Shown here: one piece after another, positions 11,857 through 22,377 of the stretch | How positions within the stretch are numbered: position 1 is the stretch's first letter | Layout of the letters: each line of letters begins with the position of its first letter | Origin: Heptranchias perlo | Lineage: Eukaryota | Direction: 5' to 3' | Assembly: GCF_035084215.1 (NCBI RefSeq) | Contig: NC_090325.1 | Span: 121,892,001-121,956,000 of the forward strand | Length of the DNA stretch: 64,000 nucleotides | Translations under genes and position numbers: made by a program | The notes under the pieces: model-generated | What the model was told of the DNA's origin: nothing | Databases searched by the model: none | The model's input: the letters and a program-made list of their open reading frames with translations, nothing else

Positions 11857-12088
11857 TTTTCAAATAAAACTGTTGGACTATAACCTGGTGTTGTAAGATT
11901 CCTTACATGAGTATGTTCAAGGCTGAGATAGATAGATTTTTAGACTCTAGGGGAATCAAGGGATATGGGGATCAGGCAGGAAAGTGGAGTTGAGGTCGAA
12001 GATCAGCCATGATCTTATTGAATGGCAGAGCAGGCTCGAGGGGCTGTATGGCCTACTTCTGCTCCTATTTCTTATGTTCTTATGTTCT

Positions 12089-12222
12089 TACAATCTTGTG
12101 GGTCACCCCTCAGTCTTCTCTTTTCTAGAGAAAAAAGCCCCAGCCTGTTCAATCTTTCCTGGTAGGTATAACCTCTCAGTTCTGGTATCATCCGAGTGAA
12201 TCTTTTTTGCACCTTTCCAGTG
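12089..12222 (-). mobile_element. Short CR1 ORF2 fragment
   Basis: KVQKRFTRMIPELRGYTYQERLNRLGLFSLEKRRLRGD on the minus strand. Confidence 0.75.
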
Positions 12223-12739
12223 TCGAATAGCAAAATAAAACATCTCTGTTGGTACAATAACACTGAAGATATTTCTCCTCCTGAGCTGAAGCTGCTGCAT
12301 CATCAGGCTCAAAATTCATTGCAAGTGGCAACTGTCACCAACTTTAGAACTACATTCACAGCTCTTTCCAAAGCTGGAGCATTAATGCCCAAAGAGTCAC
12401 AATATAAAGTACAGCCAGTGAGAGGGAGAAATATTTTCTGTAAACCACAGACATTAGCTCCATTGTCTGGTCTGTGTTTCCTCTTACTATAGTGAGAAAG
12501 ATCAGTGTTAAAAATACATTGAGGAGTTCCCCAGTGGGTCAGGTATAAGACTTGGAACTGGATTATTCTGCAGCTCATCTGATGCTGCTTGCTTCGGGAA
12601 AAACAATAAAAAGCATCAAATTATGTGACACGACCTTATCAATGTTTAATTGTCTGTCATTAACGGTTGTGTAAAAATAAAAGGAAGATATTATCAACAA
12701 CACTCAATAAGAATTTGTTTAGATAAGTTTTCCTTGGCC

Positions 12740-13763
12740 CTTTCCGATTTCTCATTTACATGCTACCCTTTGGTGACATCATCCGAAAACACAACTTCAG
12801 GTTCCAAATGTACGCAGACGACATCCAACTCTACCTCACCATCACCTCTCTCGACCTTTCAGCTGTCTCAGATTTGTCACGCTGCTTGTCCGACATCCAG
12901 CACTGGATGAGCAGAAATTTCCTCCAACTAAATATTGGGAAGACTGAAACCATTGTCTTCGGTCCCTGCATCAAGCTCCATTCCCTAGCCACCGACTCCA
13001 TCCCTCTCCCTGGCCATTGTCTGAGGCTAAACCAAACCGTTTGCAACCTTGGCATCCTATTTGACCCTGCAGTGAGCTTCTGACCACATATCCCCTTCAT
13101 CATCAAGACCACCTACTTCCACCTCTGTAACATTGCCCGTCTCCGCTCCCTGCCTCAGCTTGTCGGCTACTGAAACCCTCATCCATGCCTTTGTTACCTC
13201 TAGACTCGACTATGCCAATACTCTCCTTGCCGGCTTCCCATCTTCACCCTCCATAAACTTGAGCTCATCGAAAACTCTGCTGCCTGTATCCTAACTCGCA
13301 CCAAGTCCCATTCTCCCATCATCCCTGTGCTCGCTGACCTACATTGGCTCCCGGTCCAGTGACACCTCAATTTTAAAATTCTCATTGTTGTTTTCAAATC
13401 CGTCCATGGCCTCAGCCCTCCCTAACTCTGTAAACTCCTCCGGCCCGACAACCCTTCGAGATCTCTGCACTCCTCTAATTCTGGCTTCTTGCGCGTCCCT
13501 GATTTTCATCGCTCCACCATTGGCGACTGTGTCTTCAGCTTCCTAGGCCCTAAGCTCTGGAATTCCCTCCATAAACCTCTCTGCCTCTCTACCTCTCTCT
13601 CCTTTAAGATGCTCCGTAAAACCTACCTCTTTGTCACCTGTCCTAATATCTCCTTATGTGGCTTGGTGTCAAATTTTGTTTGAAAACCTTCCTGTGAAGT
13701 GCCTTGGGTCGTTTTAGTACGTTAAAGGTGCTATATCAATGCAAGTTGCTGTTGTTGTTGTTT
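12740..13763 (+). mobile_element. 5'-truncated L2 LINE (RT C-terminal half and 3' tail)
   Basis: MLPFGDIIRKH..YADDIQLYL..WMSRNFLQLNIGKTE..NLGILFD; frameshifted downstream; ends GTGCTATATCAATGCAAGTTGCTGTTGTTGTTG. Absent upstream of copies 2 and 3. Confidence 0.85.
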
Positions 13764-13909
13764 GGTATAAAAGAATCAAAAAGATTGGGGTTAAAATTCA
13801 ATTTCAGTGGGGGCGCAAAATGGACAGTCGTGGATCAGCTGCCCGTTATATAACCTAATGTTGCTGCTGTAAACTATGCACAAGTTTTGAATAAACTGTA
13901 TTTGAAACT

Positions 13910-14035
13910 GCAAAAATGAAAGAACATCTAACTCAGGAACAGGGAAATTCCCTTCCACAGGAGCTTCCTATATTTGACAACTTTCTCTGCTCGAGATTAC
14001 TAAAATTGAGAGTAGAGGATCTCAATAAATAGGAG
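13910..14035 (+). promoter_or_regulatory. Proximal promoter of chemokine copy 1: NF-kB site, IRF-E-like site, TATA-like box
   Basis: GGGAAATTCCC at 13942-13952 (canonical kB), AAATGAAA just upstream, AATAAATA at 14024-14031, about 125 bp before the ATG; same layout in copies 2 and 3. Confidence 0.7.
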
Positions 14036-14074
14036 TTCATTGGACCTCTCTTCAACAGAACTTCATTCAACACC

Positions 14075-14093
14075 GAGAGAGAGAGAGAGAGAG
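14075..14093 (+). repeat. (GA)n microsatellite in the 5' UTR region of copy 1
   Basis: About 9 GA units versus about 5 in copies 2 and 3. Confidence 0.8.
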
Positions 14094-14152
14094 TCACTGA
14101 GGTGGACAGAAGATCCTTCAGCAGAAATCCATTCAGCAACTCAAAGTCAAAG

Positions 14153-16085
14153 ATGAACAGAGCAGCTACTGTGACGATTCTCATCCTGATTCTGTGTGCC
14201 ATTACTGCACAGGGTATGTTGACCTTTGTAATCTTGTGTTTTATTTCTCATTATACTGTATTGTGGAAAGGAGTCTTTCTGTTGAGTTACTGATCCAGCT
14301 ACACATGTCCCGGTGTGATGTTTGGTTATGCATCGAATAATGCTGAATTCTCAAACAGAGCTGCATTCAATAATCTTAATCCCCTTTAACCCAGAACTTT
14401 ATGTTTATAAAAGATTTTCTTGCACATTTTTATAAAAAATATGATAGTCATCTCCAGGTTAATGTAATCAGCATGATTAGTTTGGACAGATACTTAATAT
14501 TTCCTTGTGGACCATGTGTGGAAAAAATTTAAATACCTCAACTCTGATACAAAGTGCCAGGATTCTCTTCACCTCAATCGATAATTAAATCTAAGTTAAA
14601 TGGATCTTTTCACAGGTATTCCAGTTCCAGGAACCCTAGGTCATTGCCAGTGCACTCAGAACAGCTCCAATTTTATCAATCCACGGCTCATCCGGAGTTT
14701 GAAATATATTCCCGAAGGATCCCACTGTGAGACACCAGAGATAATGTGAGTAAATGTGTCAGAACATCAGCATTAACATTTCTCCTTCGGTGACGTCCAT
14801 TTAATAAACTGTGCTCTTTATTCAAAATATGTTGGATCAATCACAGTTTGTTTATGAGGCACATTCGAAGGATTTTCTTTTAATACTTTTGCTAATTTCT
14901 CACCTTTCAGTGGGAGACATCCAATTTCTGTGGATTAGATTTTAAAGGTTTACCTTCTCTTCACAGTGTTACCAAAAGAAATGGGAAAAAATTATGTGTG
15001 AGTCCTGATGCCGAGTGGGTGAAGATTATCATTAAAGGCAAGAAAGGTTGGTGTTTGGCAGAATTAAGACTTTGCATATGAATAAAAGCAGATACAGTGA
15101 ATTGTTTTTTATAAACCATGTTTGTCCCTCTCCTCCTTGGTCGAAGGCGTTGACTCCTCTCTGCTGTATATTTCCACAGGCTTTTGATGCCTTCTGGTAC
15201 TTTATCCAATTGCTCATCATTTATGTGTGAGCCTTGACAGTGAATGTTAGCAAGCTATTCAACCACAGTTGGCATCAGGGCTGAGCCTTACGCTCGCCTC
15301 ACCCAACATCCAAATATGGCACTTCCAGGAGGGGGGGTCACTGGATAGCAATCAGGTGAAGGAATGCTGGGTGATTTTATGCTCTCTCTCCCAACAATAC
15401 TGAGACCAATTGTCGTACCTTTAGTACCCAGCTGAGATCAGCCAATTAAGCACAGAACAGGGTCCTTAAGAATAAAATATTTAATATATATCCTAACCAC
15501 TTCCACTTCCTTTTTCTGCTGCCTGCCTTCCTCTATGGCAAGCTCATATTCTGTTCTGCAGTTTGAACACTGTAAACTACTTCAAAGAATCATTTTTTAA
15601 CCTTTTATTATCCATTCTATTTTACACTTTAACGTAATGTGTTCCTGCAGACTCCCATCAGAACTGAGATTTAAAAGGATACTTTTTTCAAGTTATATAG
15701 AAAAGATGTTTGTGAAAATCTCGACCAGCTATTCTCACAGTTTTGTGTCATCCACCGTTGTCAGAACTCAGGATTTTGTTCAGCATTTACTGCCTTTGCA
15801 TTATTCCGCAAATGTGCTTGATTCACCAGGATGGAAGGAAGAGAAATAATTTTTCTCTCTGGCCCCATGCATCCTGCATGTTAAACCATATTACAAAATC
15901 AATGACTTGGGAATAAAATCATCAGTGTTAGCAATGCTGCTCATCTTGTGTAAAAGTCAGATTGATAATGCTCCATAATTATATTGCTGAAGATATTGTG
16001 CACTATATTAAAGTAAATATCTGCAGTTAGTGGGTAAAAATATTATTTATTTTATTTTATTTCAGATGCCAGACGACACAACTGA
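14153..16085 (+). CDS. CXC chemokine copy 1 (non-ELR, CXCL9/10/11-like), 4 coding exons, 96 aa
   Basis: Exons 14153-14213, 14616-14745, 14967-15046, 16066-16085; all GT-AG, phases 1/2/1 as in CXC chemokine genes. Translation MNRAATVTILILILCAITAQG-IPVPGTLGHCQCTQNSSNFINPRLIRSLKYIPEGSHCETPEIIVTKRNGKKLCVSPDAEWVKIIIKGKKDARRHN: signal peptide, C-Q-C, GSHC..EII, LCV.P.A.WV motifs, four Cys. Confidence 0.95.
15225..15462 (-). mobile_element. Old SINE-like fragment in intron 3 (also near 28680-28920 and 47540-47775; related sequence near 2980-3060)
   Basis: Dispersed similarity within the window (GTGAGCCTTGACAGTGAATG.., CCCAGCTGAGATCAGCCAATTAAGCACAG); family assignment uncertain. Confidence 0.35.
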
Positions 16086-16276
16086 GAAATGAAACCGCAA
16101 TGGGATGGACTCGACTCCACACCTGGTTAACCTAAAGTACAATGAACATTGAAATGAAGGAAGCTTTGTCCAGGGTATTAACTCTCTGATGTCACCTTCT
16201 GATAGCTTGTTCTGGTATTTTCCCTTCGTTCTTCTCTGAAAATTATTTCATATTTCAACTCTGTCATACTGTAAGC

Positions 16277-16733
16277 CTGGATTTTAAATTGGAGCGGGGA
16301 AGAGAGTGAGGGGAAGTTGCCGATCATGGGGGTATGATCAAGGCAGGTAAGCTTGTTGGGCCTGGAGGAAACATTCCTGCTCCTCCTGGCCCACAAGCAG
16401 TGCAATAAAGGCACTTACCTCATGATCCGGCCCTTCTTGCCTCCTTTTCAATGGCGAGATTCACAAGTGCTGGATGCGTTAAACTTAAAGTTCAGTCAAA
16501 TTCAATTTAGAAAGACCTACTAACGTCTCGCAACGACGTTAATTTATTTCCAAAAATACCCGCTCACCTGAACTAATTAAGGTCCTGCCTGTGGCGAGTA
16601 GTTTACCTGCACGCATCCAAAAGGCCCTCCGTTAAGCCCTAAAGAGGGTGCATGGAGCCGGGTTGTGGTCGCGCTCCAAAAATCAAATAATTTAACTACC
16701 CCAACCCGCCTGTTCTTGGGGTTAAAACCCCCC
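16277..16733 (-). mobile_element. Non-autonomous DNA-transposon-like element in the 3' UTR of copy 1
   Basis: Ends GCCTGGATTTTAA / GGTTAAAACCCCCC form loose terminal inverted repeats; its internal core is the reverse complement of TGAGGTAAGTGCCTTTATTGCACTGCTTGTGGGCC found at 22708, 25760, 39729 and 44616. Confidence 0.5.
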
Positions 16734-18133
16734 CTATTGTTTACCCACAGCTTAAGGAAACAGTCAGACATTTTTTCTGAAACTTTGTGCCAAGAATGTG
16801 TAAGATTTTTAAGTGTGGACTCTGATACTGTTACAAGTTACACTGCGACTGAATTCAATTTGTTTACATTTCTCCATAATTATTGGAAAATAATTTCCAA
16901 TCAACAAAAGGTGCAGATACAGGGGGAAATATGAATAGATTTGTTTCACTGGGGAGTCTCACGAGCCCCTGGAAAGCTGTGCTGGAGGCGTTAAATTTAA
17001 AGTTAAGTCAAATTCAATTTAAGAAGACCTACTAACGTCTCACAAGGCCGTTAATTGATGCAATATAAACCCACCCACCTGAACTAATTCAGGTCCCACT
17101 GCGGCGAGTAGGCCTCTCGCACGCATCTAAACACGCCTCCGTTAAACCTGGAAGTGGAAACTAATTTCCAATCAACAAGCAACGACAGGGGGAAATATGA
17201 ATAGATTTGTGAACTTGTCGAGGAATGTAAACGAGACAAAAAATGTCAGTTGTTGAATGTTAATGTTTGAAATAAGAGTGGGACCTGCTGCTAGTTTTGG
17301 AATAACTCAAATTATTCAGTTCCATGCATATATTTTTCAAAATGAACTTGTAATAATTTCTTCATCACAGACATGTTTTACCTGGAAAGAGAGGCTGAAA
17401 ATCTAAAAAGGTCCAAATTAGAAGAATTATCCTTTGTTATTTCAGTTAAAATGATCTGGAATCAGATTGGAGTGAAATATCTAATAAATTAAATAAAGAC
17501 ATTCCTCCTATTACTTGTAGATATATTGTAATGCTTCATTGTTTCAAAATCATTGACAAACCAATTTTGGTGCAATTTCTCTTTTCCTACTGAAACCCTG
17601 TTGATATTCTTTGTGATATGTTGATGGCAAGATATACAGAAGATAAATGTTTATAATTGTTCACCAAACATATTCCCAGTTCCAGTTTGAATGAAAACTT
17701 TTATATTAAAATACACAACCATTGCCTGTCATTAACACTGATGCCATTTTACTGCAGTGTTTATTGGTCACTGACATTTTAACTGTATCCTGGGAATTTG
17801 TCCATAAAACATCAGGCCTTAGAATCTATCCAAAACTGAAGTTTGTGGAAGCAATTTCTCTGTAGAAATGATACTGTGTGTAAAATACTTAAATTTTCAA
17901 AAGTAGTGCTCCTTATTGTGTGATATTAACTGGAAGAAATGACATTTGTAAATAGAACTAATCTCTGTACAGTGATCGGTAGAAATCTTTGGCACTGGAT
18001 CCAGTTGGCTGGAAGTTGTGTTGAGTATAACACTGATTTATCAGTCAGTAACGTTGCTACAAGTGACTTTTGTTGTGAATTAATCTTTTGAGTGTTTTTG
18101 TACCTTTATCTTCAAATGTATTTAAGTGATTAA

Positions 18134-18139
18134 AATAAA
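18134..18139 (+). terminator. Putative distal poly(A) signal of chemokine copy 1
   Basis: AATAAA at the end of a long AU-rich tract and followed by GT/T-rich sequence; homologous hexamers at 30988, 34571, 49846 and 53429. Other AATAAA hexamers lie upstream, so the true site is uncertain. Confidence 0.4.
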
Positions 18140-20099
18140 CATGATTTCATATGAAGAATGTATTGTCACTGTTCCTCAATCACCAGCAAAACAATCGTGT
18201 GTCTCTCCAGTAAATAAATTTAGTGGACTGACTAATAAAGAGAAATCTGTTCAGGGTACACTTTAGACAATGATTGGCATCAACGAGGTGGGCAGGTTAT
18301 TAAAATGGCAGGTGGAGGGAGTTCACACAGGGGCCTAGTTTACAATCAAAACTCATGCCCGATGATGTTATTGGCGCCACAATGCAATTTCAATTCAGGG
18401 AATCGGTGGGGGTGGTGGGTGGGCGGCCGGGGAGGCGCCTCACGGGGCCAAACCCGACAGCCCGACAGTCAGGTCATGGCGGTAGTCAGCAGAGTGCCTC
18501 GACAAAGTCATGGTAACTCTTTTTATTTAATTTTTCTGTGGATTTGTCTGGGCCTCAAGGAGCAGGAGTGCTCCCCTGGGCCCGGCAAGTAGTTGTTGGG
18601 CCTCCCCTGCACCGGCCTTCCTTCTCCCTCCCAGCAACAGCACCTCCTCTCAATCACCTTCAGCCAACCCAGCACTAACTTTATGCCAGGGACTGTTCCC
18701 TTAGATCCCCGGAGGCTTCAAGCTCCCACTCGAATATCCGCTCCTGTCCACCGACCCTGACCTCAATCCCGCTGGTTTCGGGCAGGAGCCAATGCCGCAC
18801 TATTCATCTTGGTAAAGGCGTTTGCACGGGTGCTTAACGAACGCCGGCAGTATGCTCCTGGCATTTACCTCCTCCACTTTTCCTCAACTATTTCCTCCCA
18901 CTGCCCCTTCAACATACGGCTGGTGGGCCTCCTGGTCCCCTGTGGATACAGGATGAACCTCCTTCTCTCCATCTCTTGCAACAAGGCCTGCAGTGCATCA
19001 TCAGAGAACCTTGGTGCACACTCCCTCCCAGATGCAGCCATTCTTCAAAGTATCGCAGCACGGATTCAGTTTTGAAACGACTCCCACCACTTCTTGCAGC
19101 CACAGCTCAGGAACTAAAATGGTACGACCTTCGTGCTCAAATCTCCGTGGGTGTTTCCCTCCCGCCCGCACCCCGCCCAGGATGCCCTGAGTTAAAATCA
19201 CCCCCTGTAAGTGTTGGTTTCTCCAGAGTGAGCGCTTGTCAGATGTCGTATTTTTATTGAAGTGAAGTATCGGATAACTGTAACGTAACTAAGTCCTATA
19301 AAACCCTTAATACATGCGTGTGGAGACAATGTCAGTTTAGAGATCTTCGATGATCACTGGCAGGATGTTGGTTGCCCCCCATTTAATGTGGCAATAACGA
19401 ATGAACTGATGGGGTTTAAGATCCAATCTTCCTGGGCCACCGTTGCTAAGGACGCCAAATCAATTCCTGGGACCTTCATTGAGCTGAAACTTTGTCATTG
19501 TTTTTTATATTTTCTAATTAGATTAGGATTGGTCCCGGTCATGTCACCGGGCAGATCGTTTCCTCTCTGCTGCCTGAATAATGCAGTCATGCGGTGTTAA
19601 CTGGGATTGCTATTGAATTCTAACCAGGGGAAATATTATGGTGAATCGCCAAGTGAGAGGCAAGCATTTTGCAGACATTGGAGGCACTAATCGCCCTTAG
19701 GTGTATGATCCGCCTGAATCCTAAGTGCGAATAACACTCAATTTTCTGGCCTAGCCTCATTTGGATAATTATTCACAATTGCAGTGGAAAACCAGGTGGG
19801 TCGAGGGATGAAACAACTGGGAGGAGAAGAAAATTGTGTGCAAGTCAAATTGAAAGGGATGGAGTCAATTAAAGAGGAGTGTCACAAGGAAGGGGACTAA
19901 GGCCCCGAATTTCCTGAAATTTGCACCAAACAGCAGCAGAAGTGCAGCATAATGCAAATTTTCAGTGCGGATTCGAGGAAATTCGTCCCTTTGTGACTTA
20001 CGCCAGTTTTATGCTGCATCTCAGTTACCTTCATCTTTTGATTTGAATCAGCAAAACCTCTACCGATTCGCTCTGCCGTTCATTAAAGTAGCGCAGAAT

Positions 20100-20340
20100 G
20101 CCATCTTGGTAAAGACGTTTGCGCGTGTGCGTAACGAACACCGGCAGTATGAACCTGGCGTTTACCTCCTCCACTTTTCCTTCAATATTTCCTCCCACTG
20201 CCCCTTCCACATATGCCTGGAGGGCCTCCTGGCCCCCTGTGGATACAGGATGAACCACCTTCTCTCCATCTCTTGCACCAAGGCCTGCAGTGCATCATCA
20301 GAGAACCTTGGTGCACACTCCCTCCCAGATGCAGCCTTCC
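20100..20340 (-). mobile_element. Harbinger-type Myb/SANT N-terminal remnant (copies near 18830-19042, 32660-32850, 37130-37315, 51520-51708, 55985-56172)
   Basis: Minus strand reads AASGRECAPRFSDDALQALVQEMERRWFILYPQGARRPSRHMWKGQWEEI, similar to the start of the 884-1324 domain. Confidence 0.6.
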
Positions 20341-21210
20341 TTCAAAGTATCGTAGCACAGATTCAGTTTTGAAACGACTCCCACCACTTCGTGCAGCCAC
20401 AATGTACCTTTCCTTTAAGAGGTGCGGGCTGCCTTCAAGAAGCACGAGCAACTCGCGATATCGGGACTCCCTGCTGATGCGTGCAGCCAATCAACAGTGC
20501 AATTAGCGCTGGCTGCATGCAGCAGTCATTTAAAACAGCAGGCAGCGTTAATGTAACCTTTTCAGGGGATTATCCAATTTAACCCTCGCCATGCCTAATG
20601 TGCATAAATCATCGTCTGATGGCTTCACATTTTAATTTCTATACATAAAGTGGGGCTTCAATAAAAATATGGAGTAATTTCTGCACTGTCCTCAGGCCCC
20701 ATTAGTTTAAGTTGATTTCCATTTGGTTTACGCTGATTTTTATGTTCCTGAGATTATCACAAATTTTTGGCGTACATTTCCATATAGAAGTTGTTAAAAC
20801 AAATCAAAGCATCTTACAGCACAGAACGATGCCATTCGGCCCATCATGCCTGTGCTGGATCTTTGAAAGAGCTATCCAATTAGTCCCACTCCCCTGCTCT
20901 TTCCCCATAGCTTGCAAATTTTTCCTTTTCAAGTATTTCTCATAAAAGGGACAAGACTACATTGTGTTAAATCAAAACTGGAAAAATACAATGATGGCCT
21001 CTCTTGTGAATATTCTTTTCATTTACTGCCATTTGCCAATTTATTGCTGAACAAGGCAAATATACGAACAGGTCAGGGTGCAGCATGTGATAAAATGTAT
21101 TGATTTATTACACCCATTTCTCTCTAAACAGTAATCGAATGAATAAAATCTGATGCCACTAATGGAGTCTTAAAACAAATTACCAGTGATAAGCAGATGG
21201 GAGCAAAGCC

Positions 21211-21431
21211 AAACATTGACCCAAAGAGTTACTTGGTGTATAAAACAATCTGATTTCTTGGAATTCACACGGGTTCACCAACACAGGCTGCTGTTTGAAT
21301 GAAGTCTGACTCTGGAACTTCCTTAACCACTGAACAAACCCCAGGGGGAGGAGTCACCACAGCTACACACTCAACTTCCAAATCTGGAAACTGAAACTTG
21401 AACCTGCTCCAGATATCCCTGAAGCTCTTAC
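21211..21431. promoter_or_regulatory. Candidate IFN-responsive enhancer, copy 2
   Basis: GAS 21255-21263, ISRE 21386-21398; 3-bp deletion between them relative to copy 1. Confidence 0.55.
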
Positions 21432-22377
21432 GACATCACCAATGTATTAATGGACAGTGACTGTGATCGACATTTGTTGAGGGAAAAAGTGATATCAGCA
21501 CAAGTTTTCTTACATTATAGAATCACAGAATCTTACGTGCAGAAGGAGGCCATTCGGCCCATTGAAAGAGCTATCCAATTAGTCAAACTTTCCCGCTTAT
21601 TCCCAAAGCCCTGTAAATTTTCCTTTCCATGTATATATCCAATTCCCATCACTAGCAGATTACTTGTGTGGTTGCTCTGGTTAGCGAGGGAGGGGGGATA
21701 GGCCTCGAGGTCTGAAAAGATTGGTGAGGGGTTAACAAGAGTTTGGTATCATTGGGATTGTGGAATATGGGGTCCGGTTTAGCACGTGATTCCTGGATCT
21801 CAATGTTAACCCCCGCACGATGGGTGGGAGAGTGTCAGAGCGGGGGGATTAAAAAATAAAAACGTGGATTGCATCCGGAAACCATCACGTCCGTGCCCAG
21901 TGCCATTTTTACAGCGGCGGTTAGAGTGACATGCGAGTCTCCCACCCTCGAGGGATGGGACATTTCATTAACATATTTAAATCATGCTCCCCCGGTCCCT
22001 CAAAGAAGCCTTCGGCCTCCCCACTGCTTAACGCGGCCTCTCTCTACCCTCTACTACGACCACCCCCACAAAAGCTCCGTACTCTCGCTCCCTCCCTCCC
22101 GATGACTGCTCTCTTCCACCCCCCCCACAAGCCCCGTTCTGTAGCTCCCTCCATCCCGATTGCCACGGAGAGCCCCGAAGTTTCCTCTTCTGCCTCCTCC
22201 TGCCGCTGGTTTTCCCGTCCAGCCAGCCTGTCAATTTGGCAGAAAATGGAAGGAAAACATTTGAATGAGATGCTGCCGTTAAATTCGGCAGGACGTCCGT
22301 GTCCCCGGCCTTGCCAGGTTTTCCCCACTACCGCAGCCCCCTGCAGACTCCCTGCCGACCTGTAGATTTCAGGCCCC

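Larger units (their letters stand above)
10740..11907. mobile_element. Penelope-like element, inverted (palindromic) 3' fragments with 14-bp TSD
   Basis: Arms of about 560 bp (10776-11341 and 11349-11907) are reverse complements; the right arm encodes a GIY-YIG C-terminus (SLPVGEHFSSQGHSATDLRVSILQGGLRDTRQRKIIEQKLIAKFRTHEDGLNRDLGF); TSD TGAGTATGTTCAAG at 10726-10739 and 11908-11921. Confidence 0.88.
10304..12088 (+). mobile_element. CR1 LINE 3' fragment interrupted by a Penelope insertion
   Basis: [41 protein letters not shown]...FFMQRVLNLWNSL (10317-10703); resumes at 11922 and ends in a (TTCTTATG)n tail. Confidence 0.85.

Noticed and set aside
14616-14660. Calling the genes IL-8/CXCL8 or assigning a specific CXCL number
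   Set aside because: No ELR-like motif is present and the N-terminus and regulatory motifs look more CXCL9-11-like, but orthology needs phylogeny and synteny, so no symbol is given.
14899-14910. Cryptic acceptor CTCACCTTTCAG in intron 2
   Set aside because: Its use would add 56 nt and shift the frame; nothing suggests it is used.
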